DNA of 64,000 nucleotides, taken from a phage. This document shows positions 37,921 through 47,151 of the stretch, piece by piece (position 1 is the stretch's first letter; the number at the start of each line of letters is the position of its first letter). Made by a program: the position numbers and the translations under genes. The notes below the pieces were generated by a model, which was not told the DNA's origin, did no database searches, and was given only the letters and a program-made list of their open reading frames with translations. Location of the stretch: the sequence record PZ402301.1; one strand, 5' to 3'.

Positions 37921-38134
37921 ATTTTACTTCCTCACCTGTTCCCAAATCATATTCAACTAAACGAATAGGCTCATGAATGCCATATCCCTGAACAGAAATT
38001 TCTGTCGTAGGATAAATTCCACTAATATCACCCATGTTCCATGCTTCATTAAATTGCTGTTCGCCTGAATTACTAAACCACTCGGCGAAAGCATTTAGCA
38101 CATCTTTAGAACCTTCAATAATTATCTTTGCCAT
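37913..38134 (-). CDS. Hypothetical protein
   Basis: 73 aa ORF; start overlaps GrcA-like stop. Confidence 0.4.
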   Translation of the reverse strand: MAKIIIEGSKDVLNAFAEWFSNSGEQQFNEAWNMGDISGIYPTTEISVQGYGIHEPIRLVEYDLGTGEEVKYD

Positions 38135-38496
38135 TACAGACTCTCAGTAAAGGTACGAGCGATAACGTCGCGCTGCTGTTCCGGAGTCAGAGAGTTAAAG
38201 CGAACTGCATAACCGGATACACGGATGGTCAGCTGCGGATATTTTTCCGGATGCTTAACTGCATCTTCCAGAGTTTCACGACGCAGAACGTTTACGTTCA
38301 GGTGTTGACCACCCTCAATTTTAACTGTAGGATGTGTTTCAATTTCAATTTCACGGGCATGCAAACCATAGAAAATTTCTGGGTCTACAAAAGAGTCCTC
38401 TTTAAAAGTTTTAGAGACAATAATTCGTGCTTGAATACCGTCTTCAAAATAAATAGTACCTTTATGCGTGCCTTCAAGAATTTGATATGCTTTCAT
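38134..38496 (-). CDS. Autonomous glycyl radical cofactor (GrcA/YfiD-like; T4 Y06I-type)
   Basis: ATG at 38494-38496 with SD GAGAGG; C-terminus ...[60 protein letters not shown] carries the RVSGY glycyl-radical motif. Confidence 0.85.
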   Translation of the reverse strand: MKAYQILEGTHKGTIYFEDGIQARIIVSKTFKEDSFVDPEIFYGLHAREIEIETHPTVKIEGGQHLNVNVLRRETLEDAVKHPEKYPQLTIRVSGYAVRFNSLTPEQQRDVIARTFTESL

Positions 38497-38504
38497 ATAA
38501 CCTC

Positions 38505-38885
38505 TCAATTAGAAAATAAATTTATCCAAGATTGCTCTTTAATTAAAAATGGCTCAGAATCATATGCCATTAAACTTTGGGTGATTAGTCCTTTAAAAGG
38601 TCCATCAATAAATTCCATGGTAAAATATGGAATTTTATTCATTAATCTTGCATTAGGAGCAGTGCACAAAACTCTGCATCCTTTGAATACGCCTTTTTGT
38701 AATTTGTATTGCTTAGGATAAAATTCGCTCAAGACGTTGTTATTTGCCAAAATTTCAAAATGATTCACCAATTTATTTTTAATAGTTTTTGGCGAAAAAT
38801 AAAGATATTCGAAAAGTTGCGTGTCTGTCATCATTGCATTCCGATTATGAAAAACTGTGGACGAGTAATACCACCAATGCAGCAT
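38505..38885 (-). CDS. Hypothetical protein
   Basis: 126 aa ORF. Confidence 0.4.
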   Translation of the reverse strand: MLHWWYYSSTVFHNRNAMMTDTQLFEYLYFSPKTIKNKLVNHFEILANNNVLSEFYPKQYKLQKGVFKGCRVLCTAPNARLMNKIPYFTMEFIDGPFKGLITQSLMAYDSEPFLIKEQSWINLFSN

Positions 38886-39421
38886 TTACTATTGCAACAG
38901 TGGTGCACAGTTTCAATATGAATATCGTAAATTTTATCCATATCAGGAGATTTAACAGGCTCATCAATTATATACAAAATCCGCGAAAGCGATAAACCTC
39001 TGAACTTGCTACCTCTATTACCAACAAAACTACGGACAGAATCAGTAAATAAACGGAATCGAATATCATCATTAGAATAGCGTGAAAATTCTTTTTTAAT
39101 GTGGCCCGCAGAAATTTTAGCGTAAGCTGAAGTATTAGAAAGAACAATAACTGTTCCACCGTCATACAACCAATTAGCGGCAAAATTAGTTACTGCAGTT
39201 GATTTACCGGATTGACGTCCACCATCTAGTCGAAGTGTGCAGTATTCTTTAAATAAATGTGGCGAATCAGGTACATAAAATCCACTATTACAAATTTCTT
39301 CTACTCTAGCATCAGAATGGTGTGTAAAAGCATTCATCAGGGATAGATAAGGACCAGTTAAAAATGTTCTCATTTTATTCTCTCTAAATTTGGGCCATTC
39401 CATGGCGCGTGAATTGTCCAT
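38831..39421 (-). CDS. Predicted small P-loop NTPase
   Basis: 196 aa; Walker A GGRQSGKST, Walker B ILYIIDEP. Confidence 0.5.
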   Translation of the reverse strand: MDNSRAMEWPKFRENKMRTFLTGPYLSLMNAFTHHSDARVEEICNSGFYVPDSPHLFKEYCTLRLDGGRQSGKSTAVTNFAANWLYDGGTVIVLSNTSAYAKISAGHIKKEFSRYSNDDIRFRLFTDSVRSFVGNRGSKFRGLSLSRILYIIDEPVKSPDMDKIYDIHIETVHHCCNSKCCIGGITRPQFFIIGMQ

Positions 39422-39526
39422 TTCTGTATTTACCCATTACCGCACTTGGGCTCGACCTTATTACAGGTTGGCGGGAATCCCTCATAGAATCATGAGGTCC
39501 AGTTTGTTCCCATATTTCTTATTTGC

Positions 39527-40000
39527 TTATTTGAATGATTTGACGTACTGAATAGAACCTTTACTATTCACGAAAGCGATTTTACCATTTTTATTATACA
39601 TGGTAGCAGTACGCTGATAGCCATAAGTTTGTTTACCAGATTGATAACCAACTAATGCGAAATTATCTTCACCCATTTTATTCTGTTTAGCGCGAATACG
39701 TTCATGACCGTGTGCCATAAGAACCTTAGCATCACCAGTTGAAATTGATCTACGAGTTTTTTCATCTTCAACTGTATTAACAAAGTCGTCAAATGAATCA
39801 AATTTAGCATGGGATTTATTATACAGTTTTCCATCTACTGCATAATTATATCCCTGTACATCCATCTCAACTTCTGTACCATCATCCAATACAGCAGTGA
39901 TTTTTTGACCTTTTTTAAATTTCAAAAGATCAGTAAAAGATTCAGCAATAATTTGAGAATTAATAGCTGCTTCAGTGATAAATTCTTGATATGTTTTCAT
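39527..40000 (-). CDS. Internal (capsid-packaged) protein, IPII/IPIII family
   Basis: 157 aa; N-terminus MKTYQEFITEA matches the T4 IP capsid-targeting sequence (MKTYQEFIAEA). Confidence 0.65.
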   Translation of the reverse strand: MKTYQEFITEAAINSQIIAESFTDLLKFKKGQKITAVLDDGTEVEMDVQGYNYAVDGKLYNKSHAKFDSFDDFVNTVEDEKTRRSISTGDAKVLMAHGHERIRAKQNKMGEDNFALVGYQSGKQTYGYQRTATMYNKNGKIAFVNSKGSIQYVKSFK

Positions 40001-40009
40001 ATGTTTCCT

Positions 40010-40426
40010 TTAAATGTAAATATTTTTGCCGTAATACTTGTACCAGTGTGGCTTCATTAAAATTTTTTCATCGAGTCGTTGTTGACTCAATTTAATAGCT
40101 GATTTGCATGGATTATAATCATTTTTCCATTCTGCTGGAATATCGCTGATGTCAGGAACTTCAGTATCTTTTATACTAAACCCACGTTTTAAGCATTCCA
40201 TTATAATGTCTGATTGACGCTTTCGCAAAAATTCTAATTTGTCGTAAAAGAACGTAACATGACCAGAACCTAAAATAAACTCGGAAGATATTTTAAAATC
40301 TTTAACCCGCTTACCATTTGCCACGTGTTTACGAACTATACCAAAAACGCGTGGCAATTCACGGTATTCTGCGATTAAATGTTGATCAGCAAGTTCAGAT
40401 ACTAAAGTCAAATTAATACGAGTCAT
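40010..40426 (-). CDS. denV: Endonuclease V (pyrimidine-dimer DNA glycosylase)
   Basis: 138 aa; [29 protein letters not shown]... matches T4 DenV. Confidence 0.93.
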   Translation of the reverse strand: MTRINLTLVSELADQHLIAEYRELPRVFGIVRKHVANGKRVKDFKISSEFILGSGHVTFFYDKLEFLRKRQSDIIMECLKRGFSIKDTEVPDISDIPAEWKNDYNPCKSAIKLSQQRLDEKILMKPHWYKYYGKNIYI

Positions 40427-40444
40427 TTTATCCCTCCAAGTAAC

Positions 40445-41016
<572 letters not shown>

Positions 41017-41472
41017 TTAAAAGAGACTGTTCATTATTCGGTAAAGTGAAGGACCCATCACATATTGCCACTGAGTACGAGGAATAAGAGCAAAAGCATC
41101 CATCTCTGGAATCATAACACCATCTTTATTTTCAAAATAAGACTCGCAATGGCAATTTCTAAACATCTCATGCTCTACTGGAATCGTATAATAAAATAAC
41201 TGTAAGTCTTTATTACTAGAATATTTAAATACGCCTAGGTCTTCTAGAAGGTCTGGATTATAATTGCTAAAACCAGTCTCTTCTAAACATTCTCTTCGTG
41301 CTGCATCTAGTGCGCTTAAATCAGAACTTTCTACACGACCCTTTGGAATATCCCAGCGATGGGCCATCATTCCAGGCTTACGAGAACCAGTAACCCGTCC
41401 CATGAATAAATCTTTATCTTCTGTCATAAAGATAATACCAGCTGATAATGTTTTCATTTTAATTTCCTGCAT
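41017..41472 (-). CDS. nudE: Nudix hydrolase
   Basis: 151 aa; Nudix box GRVESSDLSALDAARRECLEETGF. Confidence 0.85.
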   Translation of the reverse strand: MQEIKMKTLSAGIIFMTEDKDLFMGRVTGSRKPGMMAHRWDIPKGRVESSDLSALDAARRECLEETGFSNYNPDLLEDLGVFKYSSNKDLQLFYYTIPVEHEMFRNCHCESYFENKDGVMIPEMDAFALIPRTQWQYVMGPSLYRIMNSLF

Positions 41473-41942
41473 TCAGTGATAAAGTTATTTAAATTTTGAG
41501 TATATTTCTTTTCATCAAAAATCTTTTGTTGTCTGCGTAGCCGCCATGGCATTTCAATGAACGTGTACCATATCCCAGATAATATTGCTGCTGTAAAAAT
41601 ATTAACAAGTATGGTTAAAAGAATCCAATCTCCTATTCTGTCCATTGGATTTTTTATAAAAAAGTAAAATACGAATGATGTCACAGGAAGACTAATAATA
41701 TACCACAGAATCATAATTTTATCTGTGAACCAATCAGCGCTCGTTAACTTAGCGCGACCATTATGAATACACACGAATTTATCGTCTGTTATAGTAGATG
41801 GCTTAACTGGTTGATATCCCATTCTAAACTCCCTAATCAACAAATTTTTCATATCTTCGGAACAGCCATTCCAATCAACTCTATCAACTGGAATGCCATC
41901 ATCCCCATCATCTAAATCATACCAGCGAGTTTTTAAAATCAT
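41454..41942 (-). CDS. Small membrane protein, e.x paralog family (C-terminus ...FITECRKLK)
   Basis: 162 aa; two TM helices then basic tail; stop overlaps nudE start. Confidence 0.5.
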   Translation of the reverse strand: MILKTRWYDLDDGDDGIPVDRVDWNGCSEDMKNLLIREFRMGYQPVKPSTITDDKFVCIHNGRAKLTSADWFTDKIMILWYIISLPVTSFVFYFFIKNPMDRIGDWILLTILVNIFTAAILSGIWYTFIEMPWRLRRQQKIFDEKKYTQNLNNFITECRKLK

Positions 41943-42301
41943 TTAATTTTCCTACAATCACTCACAAACTCTTTCATTGATTCATTTTCAATATAAGACA
42001 TGTAGTTATTATATTCTTTTAATTGTATTTTGTAATCCTTTTTTCTTTGCCAATTTATTTTAAAATTATCATAATGAAAATATAGCATGGTGCCAAAGAA
42101 TGAAAATAATGAAATCGCTATAGTAAAACGAAGTTCACTCCAAACCTCTGTTATAATTACTGTGCCGTCGATGTTTAAAATAAAACAGTCAATTAGCAAT
42201 CCAATAAGACTACCCGCAAGAGCTGCAAATACTGACACAGCAAGAATTAATAGTGCCTCGGGAAACGAATATTTGACTTTATTTAGTTTTGGCTTTTGCA
42301 T
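41939..42301 (-). CDS. Small 2-TM membrane protein, e.x paralog family (C-terminus ...FVSDCRKIK)
   Basis: 120 aa; overlaps neighbours at both ends. Confidence 0.5.
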   Translation of the reverse strand: MQKPKLNKVKYSFPEALLILAVSVFAALAGSLIGLLIDCFILNIDGTVIITEVWSELRFTIAISLFSFFGTMLYFHYDNFKINWQRKKDYKIQLKEYNNYMSYIENESMKEFVSDCRKIK

Positions 42302-42675
42302 CGTGATTCCTTAACAAATTTCATAATTTCGTTAAATTCATACGCAGCAAGTTTAAGCTGGTGTTCCTTTTTAATCTTTTTACACTGAGCTTTCCATTCG
42401 CGTACACGTTTACGATAATGTCTTCCTTGATACCAGTATCCTACCCAATTTACAGGTACTAATAAAAGCGGAATTATTAATGGAAGAATTAGTGTTGCTC
42501 CAAATATTACACCGGATTCAATATCAGTCATAACGTCTATAACCATTCCAGCAATTAGCAGAATCACAAATGATACAGCTACCACAGGACCCATTAATAC
42601 ATCGGTAGAAATTATCTGGCGCTTTAGTTCATACTTCACAGGTTTACTTGGAAGGTATAGTGATGGCTTTGACAT
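42283..42675 (-). CDS. Small 2-TM membrane protein, e.x paralog family (C-terminus ...FVKESRCKSQN)
   Basis: Track ORF 42283..42696; start taken at MSKPSLY. Confidence 0.5.
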   Translation of the reverse strand: MSKPSLYLPSKPVKYELKRQIISTDVLMGPVVAVSFVILLIAGMVIDVMTDIESGVIFGATLILPLIIPLLLVPVNWVGYWYQGRHYRKRVREWKAQCKKIKKEHQLKLAAYEFNEIMKFVKESRCKSQN

Positions 42676-43258
42676 ATTCTCTACATTCCTTAACAAATTT
42701 TTCTAATAATAAATCGCTTTCAAAACTAGGATTTTCCACGAATTTATCAAAAAGATCATCAACAATATTCAAGATATTCCTTTTACTAAGAATACGTTTA
42801 TTTTCATGTTTCGTTTCAGAATCAACTATAAGAGTAAAGAAATATTTCTTTCCCTGAAATTTTACTGTAGTATCAATATAGAATAAATTTGACTTTTGTA
42901 AGTTACGTTTAAACCATGCGTCACTTAAACTATAAACACCGAGATAATCAAAATCGTCGTTTAAATAACAAACTGTCCATTCAGGAGAAATGAAATCAGT
43001 AAATTCAACATCAAAATCACACGTCAATGAATGAATTGATTCAATACTGTTAATAAGTATTCCAGGGCGTATTAAAGACTTTTTACCTCTAGAAAATCTT
43101 CCAGAAAGACTTTCATCAGTTTCATATGAAGACCCCCAATAGTAATTACGTCCTTCTGCCATACGTTTAAGAGCATTTAGTAATTGGTCTGGAACATCAA
43201 CATGTCTTTGGAACTCTTCAAACATTGAATTGAAATCATTTTGCATTTTCATTTTCAT
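42644..43258 (-). CDS. Hypothetical protein (C-terminus ...KFVKECREYVKAITIPSK)
   Basis: 204 aa; three in-frame ATGs at start (MKMKM). Confidence 0.5.
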   Translation of the reverse strand: MKMKMQNDFNSMFEEFQRHVDVPDQLLNALKRMAEGRNYYWGSSYETDESLSGRFSRGKKSLIRPGILINSIESIHSLTCDFDVEFTDFISPEWTVCYLNDDFDYLGVYSLSDAWFKRNLQKSNLFYIDTTVKFQGKKYFFTLIVDSETKHENKRILSKRNILNIVDDLFDKFVENPSFESDLLLEKFVKECREYVKAITIPSK

Positions 43259-43277
43259 TCCTATTTACTCCAAGTAT

Positions 43278-43295
43278 AAGGGGCCGAAGCCCCTT
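43278..43295 (-). terminator. GC-rich stem-loop
   Basis: aaggggccgaagcccctt. Confidence 0.5.
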
Positions 43296-43299
43296 ATCA

Positions 43300-43893
43300 T
43301 TATTTCAGAGAATTAATGTATTCCTGAACATCGGCAGAGGTAGTTTCAACCCCGGAAATATTACCGTTAAAGGTTTCAACTCGAGCAAGAGTATCTTCAA
43401 TATCAACCTTAGTTAGCGCTGCGATTTCAACTACATCATCAGCAGTACTAATTCCAAGGGCATTTGCCGCACGAGTTTCACGGATATATTCCAATTTAAC
43501 TGCAAGTTCTTGACGAGCATCATCTAACTCAACTACTTTCTTGGCGATTTCAATTCGCATTTCAGCATAACCATCAGCTTTAGTAGTCAACTGCTCAGCT
43601 GTTCGACGATATAGTAAACCGAGCTTAGCATGCATTGTTACATCTTGACCTTCGGAAAGAAGTTTGCGAATTTCACGCTCTTTTGATTCGGCTTGTCGAT
43701 TCTTTTCGATAACAAGTTCACGAATACGTTTTTCTTCATTAATAGATTTAACAGAAGCAGTTTTTAGGTCTTTAATCTTATCAAGTAATTTTGCTGCTGC
43801 AGCAGTATACTGTTCTTCAACAGATAGATTTTTAGCCATAGCAGAACCAAGTTTAGTGCGAATAAACTCAACAATTTTCTTCAGTGTGTTCAT
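43300..43893 (-). CDS. Hypothetical coiled-coil protein (PspA/IM30-like composition)
   Basis: 197 aa, predicted largely alpha-helical; SD AAGGAA. Confidence 0.5.
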   Translation of the reverse strand: MNTLKKIVEFIRTKLGSAMAKNLSVEEQYTAAAAKLLDKIKDLKTASVKSINEEKRIRELVIEKNRQAESKEREIRKLLSEGQDVTMHAKLGLLYRRTAEQLTTKADGYAEMRIEIAKKVVELDDARQELAVKLEYIRETRAANALGISTADDVVEIAALTKVDIEDTLARVETFNGNISGVETTSADVQEYINSLK

Positions 43894-43935
43894 AGTATTT
43901 CCTTAGGTTAATTAAAAATTTAAATCTGTGGAAGA

Positions 43936-44115
43936 ATATTATATTTCAAAGAGTTTATAAACTATTTCAACATCTCCTTTTGCCGCTTTATAACCTTCGG
44001 CCCAAGATACAACAGAGTTTTTATCTGAGGATTCAAATTCAGGCATTGGACTTTCACCAATATTCACACAATATGTTTCTTCATTTTCATCGAACCAAAT
44101 AATTAAAGTAGTCAT
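43936..44115 (-). CDS. Hypothetical small acidic protein (59 aa)
   Basis: My own translation MTTLIIWFDENEETYCVNIGESPMPEFESSDKNSVVSWAEGYKAAKGDVEIVYKLFEI; SD GGAG; just downstream of early promoter. Confidence 0.35.
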
Positions 44116-44129
44116 TTTGTTTACTCCTC

Positions 44130-44180
44130 TGTAGTTGATAAGTCTATAGTATCACCATCCTTGGTGCTTGTACATCATTA
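44130..44180 (-). promoter_or_regulatory. T4-type early promoter (weaker -35)
   Basis: gtagttgataagtctatagtatcaccatccttggtgcttgtacatc. Confidence 0.4.
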
Positions 44181-44182
44181 TT

Positions 44183-44515
44183 TTAATTTTTCCAACTTAA
44201 CAACTTGTAGTGTCCTTCATTAATACGTGGTTTATCCCAAGAAATACTAATATATGATTCACTGTCAATAGAAGTCGCCGGGTTTTTCTCTACCGTAAGA
44301 CCTTCACTTTCCAGCCATTCAATAGTATTTGCGCATAAATCGGAAGAACACCTCATCGGAAACCGGCAAGATTTTTCACCTTTAGCTGCAGTGTTATACA
44401 TCTTTTCCAAAATACGCTTTTGCACGTTTTTAAAAATAGTTTCAGCAGATTCTTCAGATTTTTTATTCAGTTCAGTATAAAGACTCATAACATTCTTCTC
44501 ATTAATAGGGCTCAT
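44183..44515 (-). CDS. Hypothetical protein
   Basis: 110 aa ORF; alternative start at MSLYTEL. Confidence 0.4.
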   Translation of the reverse strand: MSPINEKNVMSLYTELNKKSEESAETIFKNVQKRILEKMYNTAAKGEKSCRFPMRCSSDLCANTIEWLESEGLTVEKNPATSIDSESYISISWDKPRINEGHYKLLSWKN

Positions 44516-44545
44516 AATATCTTAATCATGAGCCCATGTAAACAA

Positions 44546-44809
44546 TTATTTCATATTATTGAAATATTCTTCTGCAATTTCATCATTATCATGGTAAACT
44601 TTAGAAGACAGTTTAACATAACCTTCTGCTGTGAACATGTTAATCACAACTTTTACAGTATACCACTGACCGTCTTCATTACCCATTACTGCGTAAGTTT
44701 CAAACATCGGATGATCAGGACCGATAACTTTAATATCATTCACTGTACGACCGAAATCTTCTGAAACGCATTTCATAAAGAAGTTGAACAGTTCGCCGTA
44801 ATTATCCAT
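44546..44809 (-). CDS. Hypothetical protein
   Basis: Track ORF 44546..44863; start taken at MDNYGELF. Confidence 0.4.
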   Translation of the reverse strand: MDNYGELFNFFMKCVSEDFGRTVNDIKVIGPDHPMFETYAVMGNEDGQWYTVKVVINMFTAEGYVKLSSKVYHDNDEIAEEYFNNMK

Positions 44810-44837
44810 TTCATTCTCCAAGTTGTTTTTCTGTATC

Positions 44838-44910
44838 AGTAGTTGATAGTTGTATAGTACCACAGTCCTTGTGGTATGTAAACTGTTTTGTGAAAAAATT
44901 TTTAAAAAGT
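44838..44910 (-). promoter_or_regulatory. T4-type early promoter
   Basis: cagtagttgatagttgtatagtaccacagtccttgtggtatgtaaactgttttgtgaaaaaattttt. Confidence 0.55.
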
Positions 44911-45016
44911 TTTAGGGAATTCTAGGGCAGGGATGGGCAATTAAAGGATAGGATAATATATTATAAAGGGTATAAACTAAATGATGCCTAGAGAGGTCCA
45001 GAAAGGCCTAGATATC

Positions 45017-45046
45017 AAAAAGCCCCAACCTTTCGGTCGGGGCTAA
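45017..45046. repeat. 30-bp direct repeat copy A (hairpin-forming) downstream of the IP-like gene
   Basis: aaaaagccccaacctttcggtcggggctaa, identical to 45571-45600. Confidence 0.9.
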
Positions 45047-45050
45047 AATG

Positions 45051-45524
45051 TTATTTGATTTGTTTAGCAGACCAAATGCGGTCTTTAATAATTTTTTGGA
45101 TGTCTTCAACATACTCAAGAGAGTGAGCATGTGGATTATCTTTGAAACTATAAGCACGAGCTAGTTTTTGGCCTTCAGTTTTGATTACTAAAAGCTCTTT
45201 AAGGATAGCTTCATATTTAGCGATAATTCCTTTAACAATATTTTTTTCTTGTGCAGCTTTAGGATCTGCTTTAGGAGCAGGTTTACCCGAAGCCTTTGCA
45301 AAAGCAGCACCAGTAGCAACTAAACTTTTCCAGGCCATACTAACCGCATTTCCTGTAAATCCTTCTGCTTTCATGTCGCGAGCAAACTGGAATCGTGATT
45401 CGTCAGAAGCATCTTTATAGGAATATTTACCCGCTGCAATGGCTGCTTTTGCGACAGCTTGAATTTCGGTGCTAGATGCTTCATTTAACACCGCTTCATT
45501 TAAAAATTGAGCATATGATTTCAT
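45051..45524 (-). CDS. Internal-protein-like protein (N-terminal capsid-targeting-like sequence MKSYAQFLNEA)
   Basis: 157 aa, Ala/Lys-rich; late promoter TATAAATA 37 nt upstream; flanked by 30-bp direct repeats. Confidence 0.55.
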   Translation of the reverse strand: MKSYAQFLNEAVLNEASSTEIQAVAKAAIAAGKYSYKDASDESRFQFARDMKAEGFTGNAVSMAWKSLVATGAAFAKASGKPAPKADPKAAQEKNIVKGIIAKYEAILKELLVIKTEGQKLARAYSFKDNPHAHSLEYVEDIQKIIKDRIWSAKQIK

Positions 45525-45560
45525 CTTATTTCCTGTTTTAATTCGTGATTTATACTACTA

Positions 45561-45568
45561 TATTTATA
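45561..45568 (-). promoter_or_regulatory. Late promoter core TATAAATA for the IP-like gene 45051..45524
   Basis: tatttata on plus strand, about 37 nt upstream of the ATG. Confidence 0.55.
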
Positions 45569-45570
45569 CT

Positions 45571-45600
45571 AAAAAGCCCCAACCTTTCGGTCGGGGCTAA
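45571..45600. repeat. 30-bp direct repeat copy B (hairpin-forming) upstream of the IP-like gene
   Basis: aaaaagccccaacctttcggtcggggctaa, identical to 45017-45046. Confidence 0.9.
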
Positions 45601-45604
45601 GCCT

Positions 45605-45905
45605 TGCGGCAACCTTGTCGGGGTTCCACCTGCTAAGGCAAGTGTTTGTACGAAACGCCGGGATTCGAACCCGGTTATTAAGCAGTTGACGCTACTCAAT
45701 ATTTTTTAAAAGGCCATATCTCGACCATATCCGAACGTTCCGTCAAAAACGCTACTCGGCTTACGGCAAAGATATTTCCTCGAATCGATAATTCTGTGCG
45801 CCGTTTCTGCTGTGATGTAAGGGGATATTAACAAATCGTAAAGATTTATTAAGACCAGTCCTTACGCAGGGAACATCAGTCCGACGACTTACCGGTAGCG
45901 ACCCG
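45605..45905 (-). ncRNA. Structured non-coding region, possibly small stable RNAs (T4 rnaC/rnaD equivalents)
   Basis: No convincing ORF; contains a tRNA-like T-arm (ccgggattcgaacccgg at 45658-45674) and several hairpins; position matches T4 species 1/2 RNA genes near tRNA-Arg. Confidence 0.3.
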
Positions 45906-45910
45906 GTTTC

Positions 45911-46261
45911 TTAGTATTCTTTTAAAGCATCAACCTGTTCACGACGTTTACGCCATAAATCAATTACTTCATGCACAGATTCAGCATTTCGAATTGGACG
46001 GCATTTATATAAAGACTTATGATTTTGATATTGTGTAGATAACGGAATTTTATCTAAAAGGTCTTTACGTTCAAAATATTCGTAACCATCTAAACCAAAT
46101 GAACGATTTTTGAGAAATTGCCAATGACCATATTCGTTTTCGACATAAACATAATCTGCATGCTGATAAAGTAAATTAATTACACGTTCAGAAATAACAG
46201 TGTCATTATGATTAAAATAGAATGTTAAATCATGAACTACTAAATAAACATTACCTTTCAT
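45911..46261 (-). CDS. Hypothetical protein
   Basis: 116 aa; ATG with strong SD GTGAGGAAAAT. Confidence 0.45.
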   Translation of the reverse strand: MKGNVYLVVHDLTFYFNHNDTVISERVINLLYQHADYVYVENEYGHWQFLKNRSFGLDGYEYFERKDLLDKIPLSTQYQNHKSLYKCRPIRNAESVHEVIDLWRKRREQVDALKEY

Positions 46262-46279
46262 ATTTTCCTCACTTATAAT

Positions 46280-46355
46280 TGGTCGAGGCAGTAGGGATCG
46301 AACCTACGACCTAGGACTTAGAAGGTCCTTGCTCTTCCTTCTGAGCTATGCCTCG
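46280..46355 (-). tRNA. tRNA-Arg (anticodon UCU)
   Basis: Manual fold of reverse complement: acceptor CGAGGCA/TGCCTCG, anticodon loop CUUCUAA, T-loop TTCGATC, encoded CCA. Confidence 0.8.
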
Positions 46356-46359
46356 GATT

Positions 46360-46434
46360 TGGCGGACATGCATGGATTCGAACCATGGACCAATTGATTA
46401 ACAGTCAACTGCTCTACCACTGAGCTACACATCC
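46360..46434 (-). tRNA. tRNA-Asn (anticodon GUU)
   Basis: Manual fold: acceptor GGATGTG/CATGTCC, D-arm GCTCAGTGGTAGAGC, anticodon loop CUGUUAA, T-loop TTCGAAT, CCA. Confidence 0.75.
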
Positions 46435-46438
46435 AAAT

Positions 46439-46525
46439 TGGTGGGGAGTGATGGAGTCGAACCACCCGAGTCGCAATGACAATGGATTTACAGTCCACAC
46501 CGCTACCTCTACGGGATAACTCCCC
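46439..46525 (-). tRNA. tRNA-Tyr (anticodon GUA), long variable arm
   Basis: Manual fold: acceptor GGGGAGT/ACTCCCC, anticodon loop CUGUAAA, 87 nt with extra arm, CCA. Confidence 0.75.
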
Positions 46526-46538
46526 TTAATTCTTAATT

Positions 46539-46613
46539 TGGTGGCCCTGGGTGGAATTGAACCACCATCTGGCGATTATGAGTCGCTTGCTTGAACCTTC
46601 CAGCTACAGGGCC
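46539..46613 (-). tRNA. tRNA with anticodon CAU (Met, or Ile if lysidine-modified as in T4)
   Basis: Manual fold: acceptor GGCCCTG/CAGGGCC, anticodon loop CUCAUAA, T-loop TTCAATT, CCA. Confidence 0.7.
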
Positions 46614-46621
46614 AAATTTTC

Positions 46622-47104
46622 TTATTTTATGTAATATTTATTTAAAAACTTTCTAGCTTGAGTATGGCTAACATTTATAGCGTTTGCATAATTTTTAATA
46701 AAACCTCGTTCATCCATATTAAAATTTTCTAATATTTTTAATCGTCTAGTTATCTCATCTTGACTTAAGGTACTTGCATTATTTTTAGAAATTTTTTCTA
46801 AGGACTGCGCCGAGTGTTTTCGACCATTAAAATTAAAATTTTTAGATTTTGGAGGAAATCTAGCATTTAGTCTCGCATCTTTTGTATTTTGATTATTAGT
46901 TGCGCAATATATGTTATTTAATGAATATGGTCCTTTATCGCCGAAACGGCACATGCAATATTCATGACCCTTTCTTCCACGCTTATCATAATTTCCCGTT
47001 GATTTCCACCAATGCAGCCATTCATCAAAAGTTAAATTCCATTCAATGTTTCTACGTATAGCAGAATTCCGCTGAGAAATATATTTTGCATAATCTTCTT
47101 TCAT
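46622..47104 (-). CDS. Homing-endonuclease-like protein (NUMOD3-type motif, C-terminal HTH-like tail)
   Basis: About 160 aa; NGRKHSAQSLEKISK resembles NUMOD3; C-terminus NVSHTQARKFLNKY parallels the segB-like ORF; catalytic domain type unclear. Confidence 0.5.
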   Translation of the reverse strand: MKEDYAKYISQRNSAIRRNIEWNLTFDEWLHWWKSTGNYDKRGRKGHEYCMCRFGDKGPYSLNNIYCATNNQNTKDARLNARFPPKSKNFNFNGRKHSAQSLEKISKNNASTLSQDEITRRLKILENFNMDERGFIKNYANAINVSHTQARKFLNKYYIK

Positions 47105-47151
47105 CACAAATTTCTCTACTTATTCAATACACTGAGCTAAATCAGCAAAAC

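Noticed and set aside
44890-45016. 130-bp ORF-free stretch containing EcoRI and EcoRV sites upstream of repeat copy A
   Set aside because: No repeats, ORFs or structure beyond the neighbouring promoter and hairpin; restriction sites are irrelevant for HMC-glucosylated DNA. Probably plain intergenic spacer.
45658-45674. tRNA-like T-arm ccgggattcgaacccgg as a ninth tRNA gene
   Set aside because: I could not fold flanking sequence into acceptor, D and anticodon arms; kept only as part of a candidate ncRNA region.
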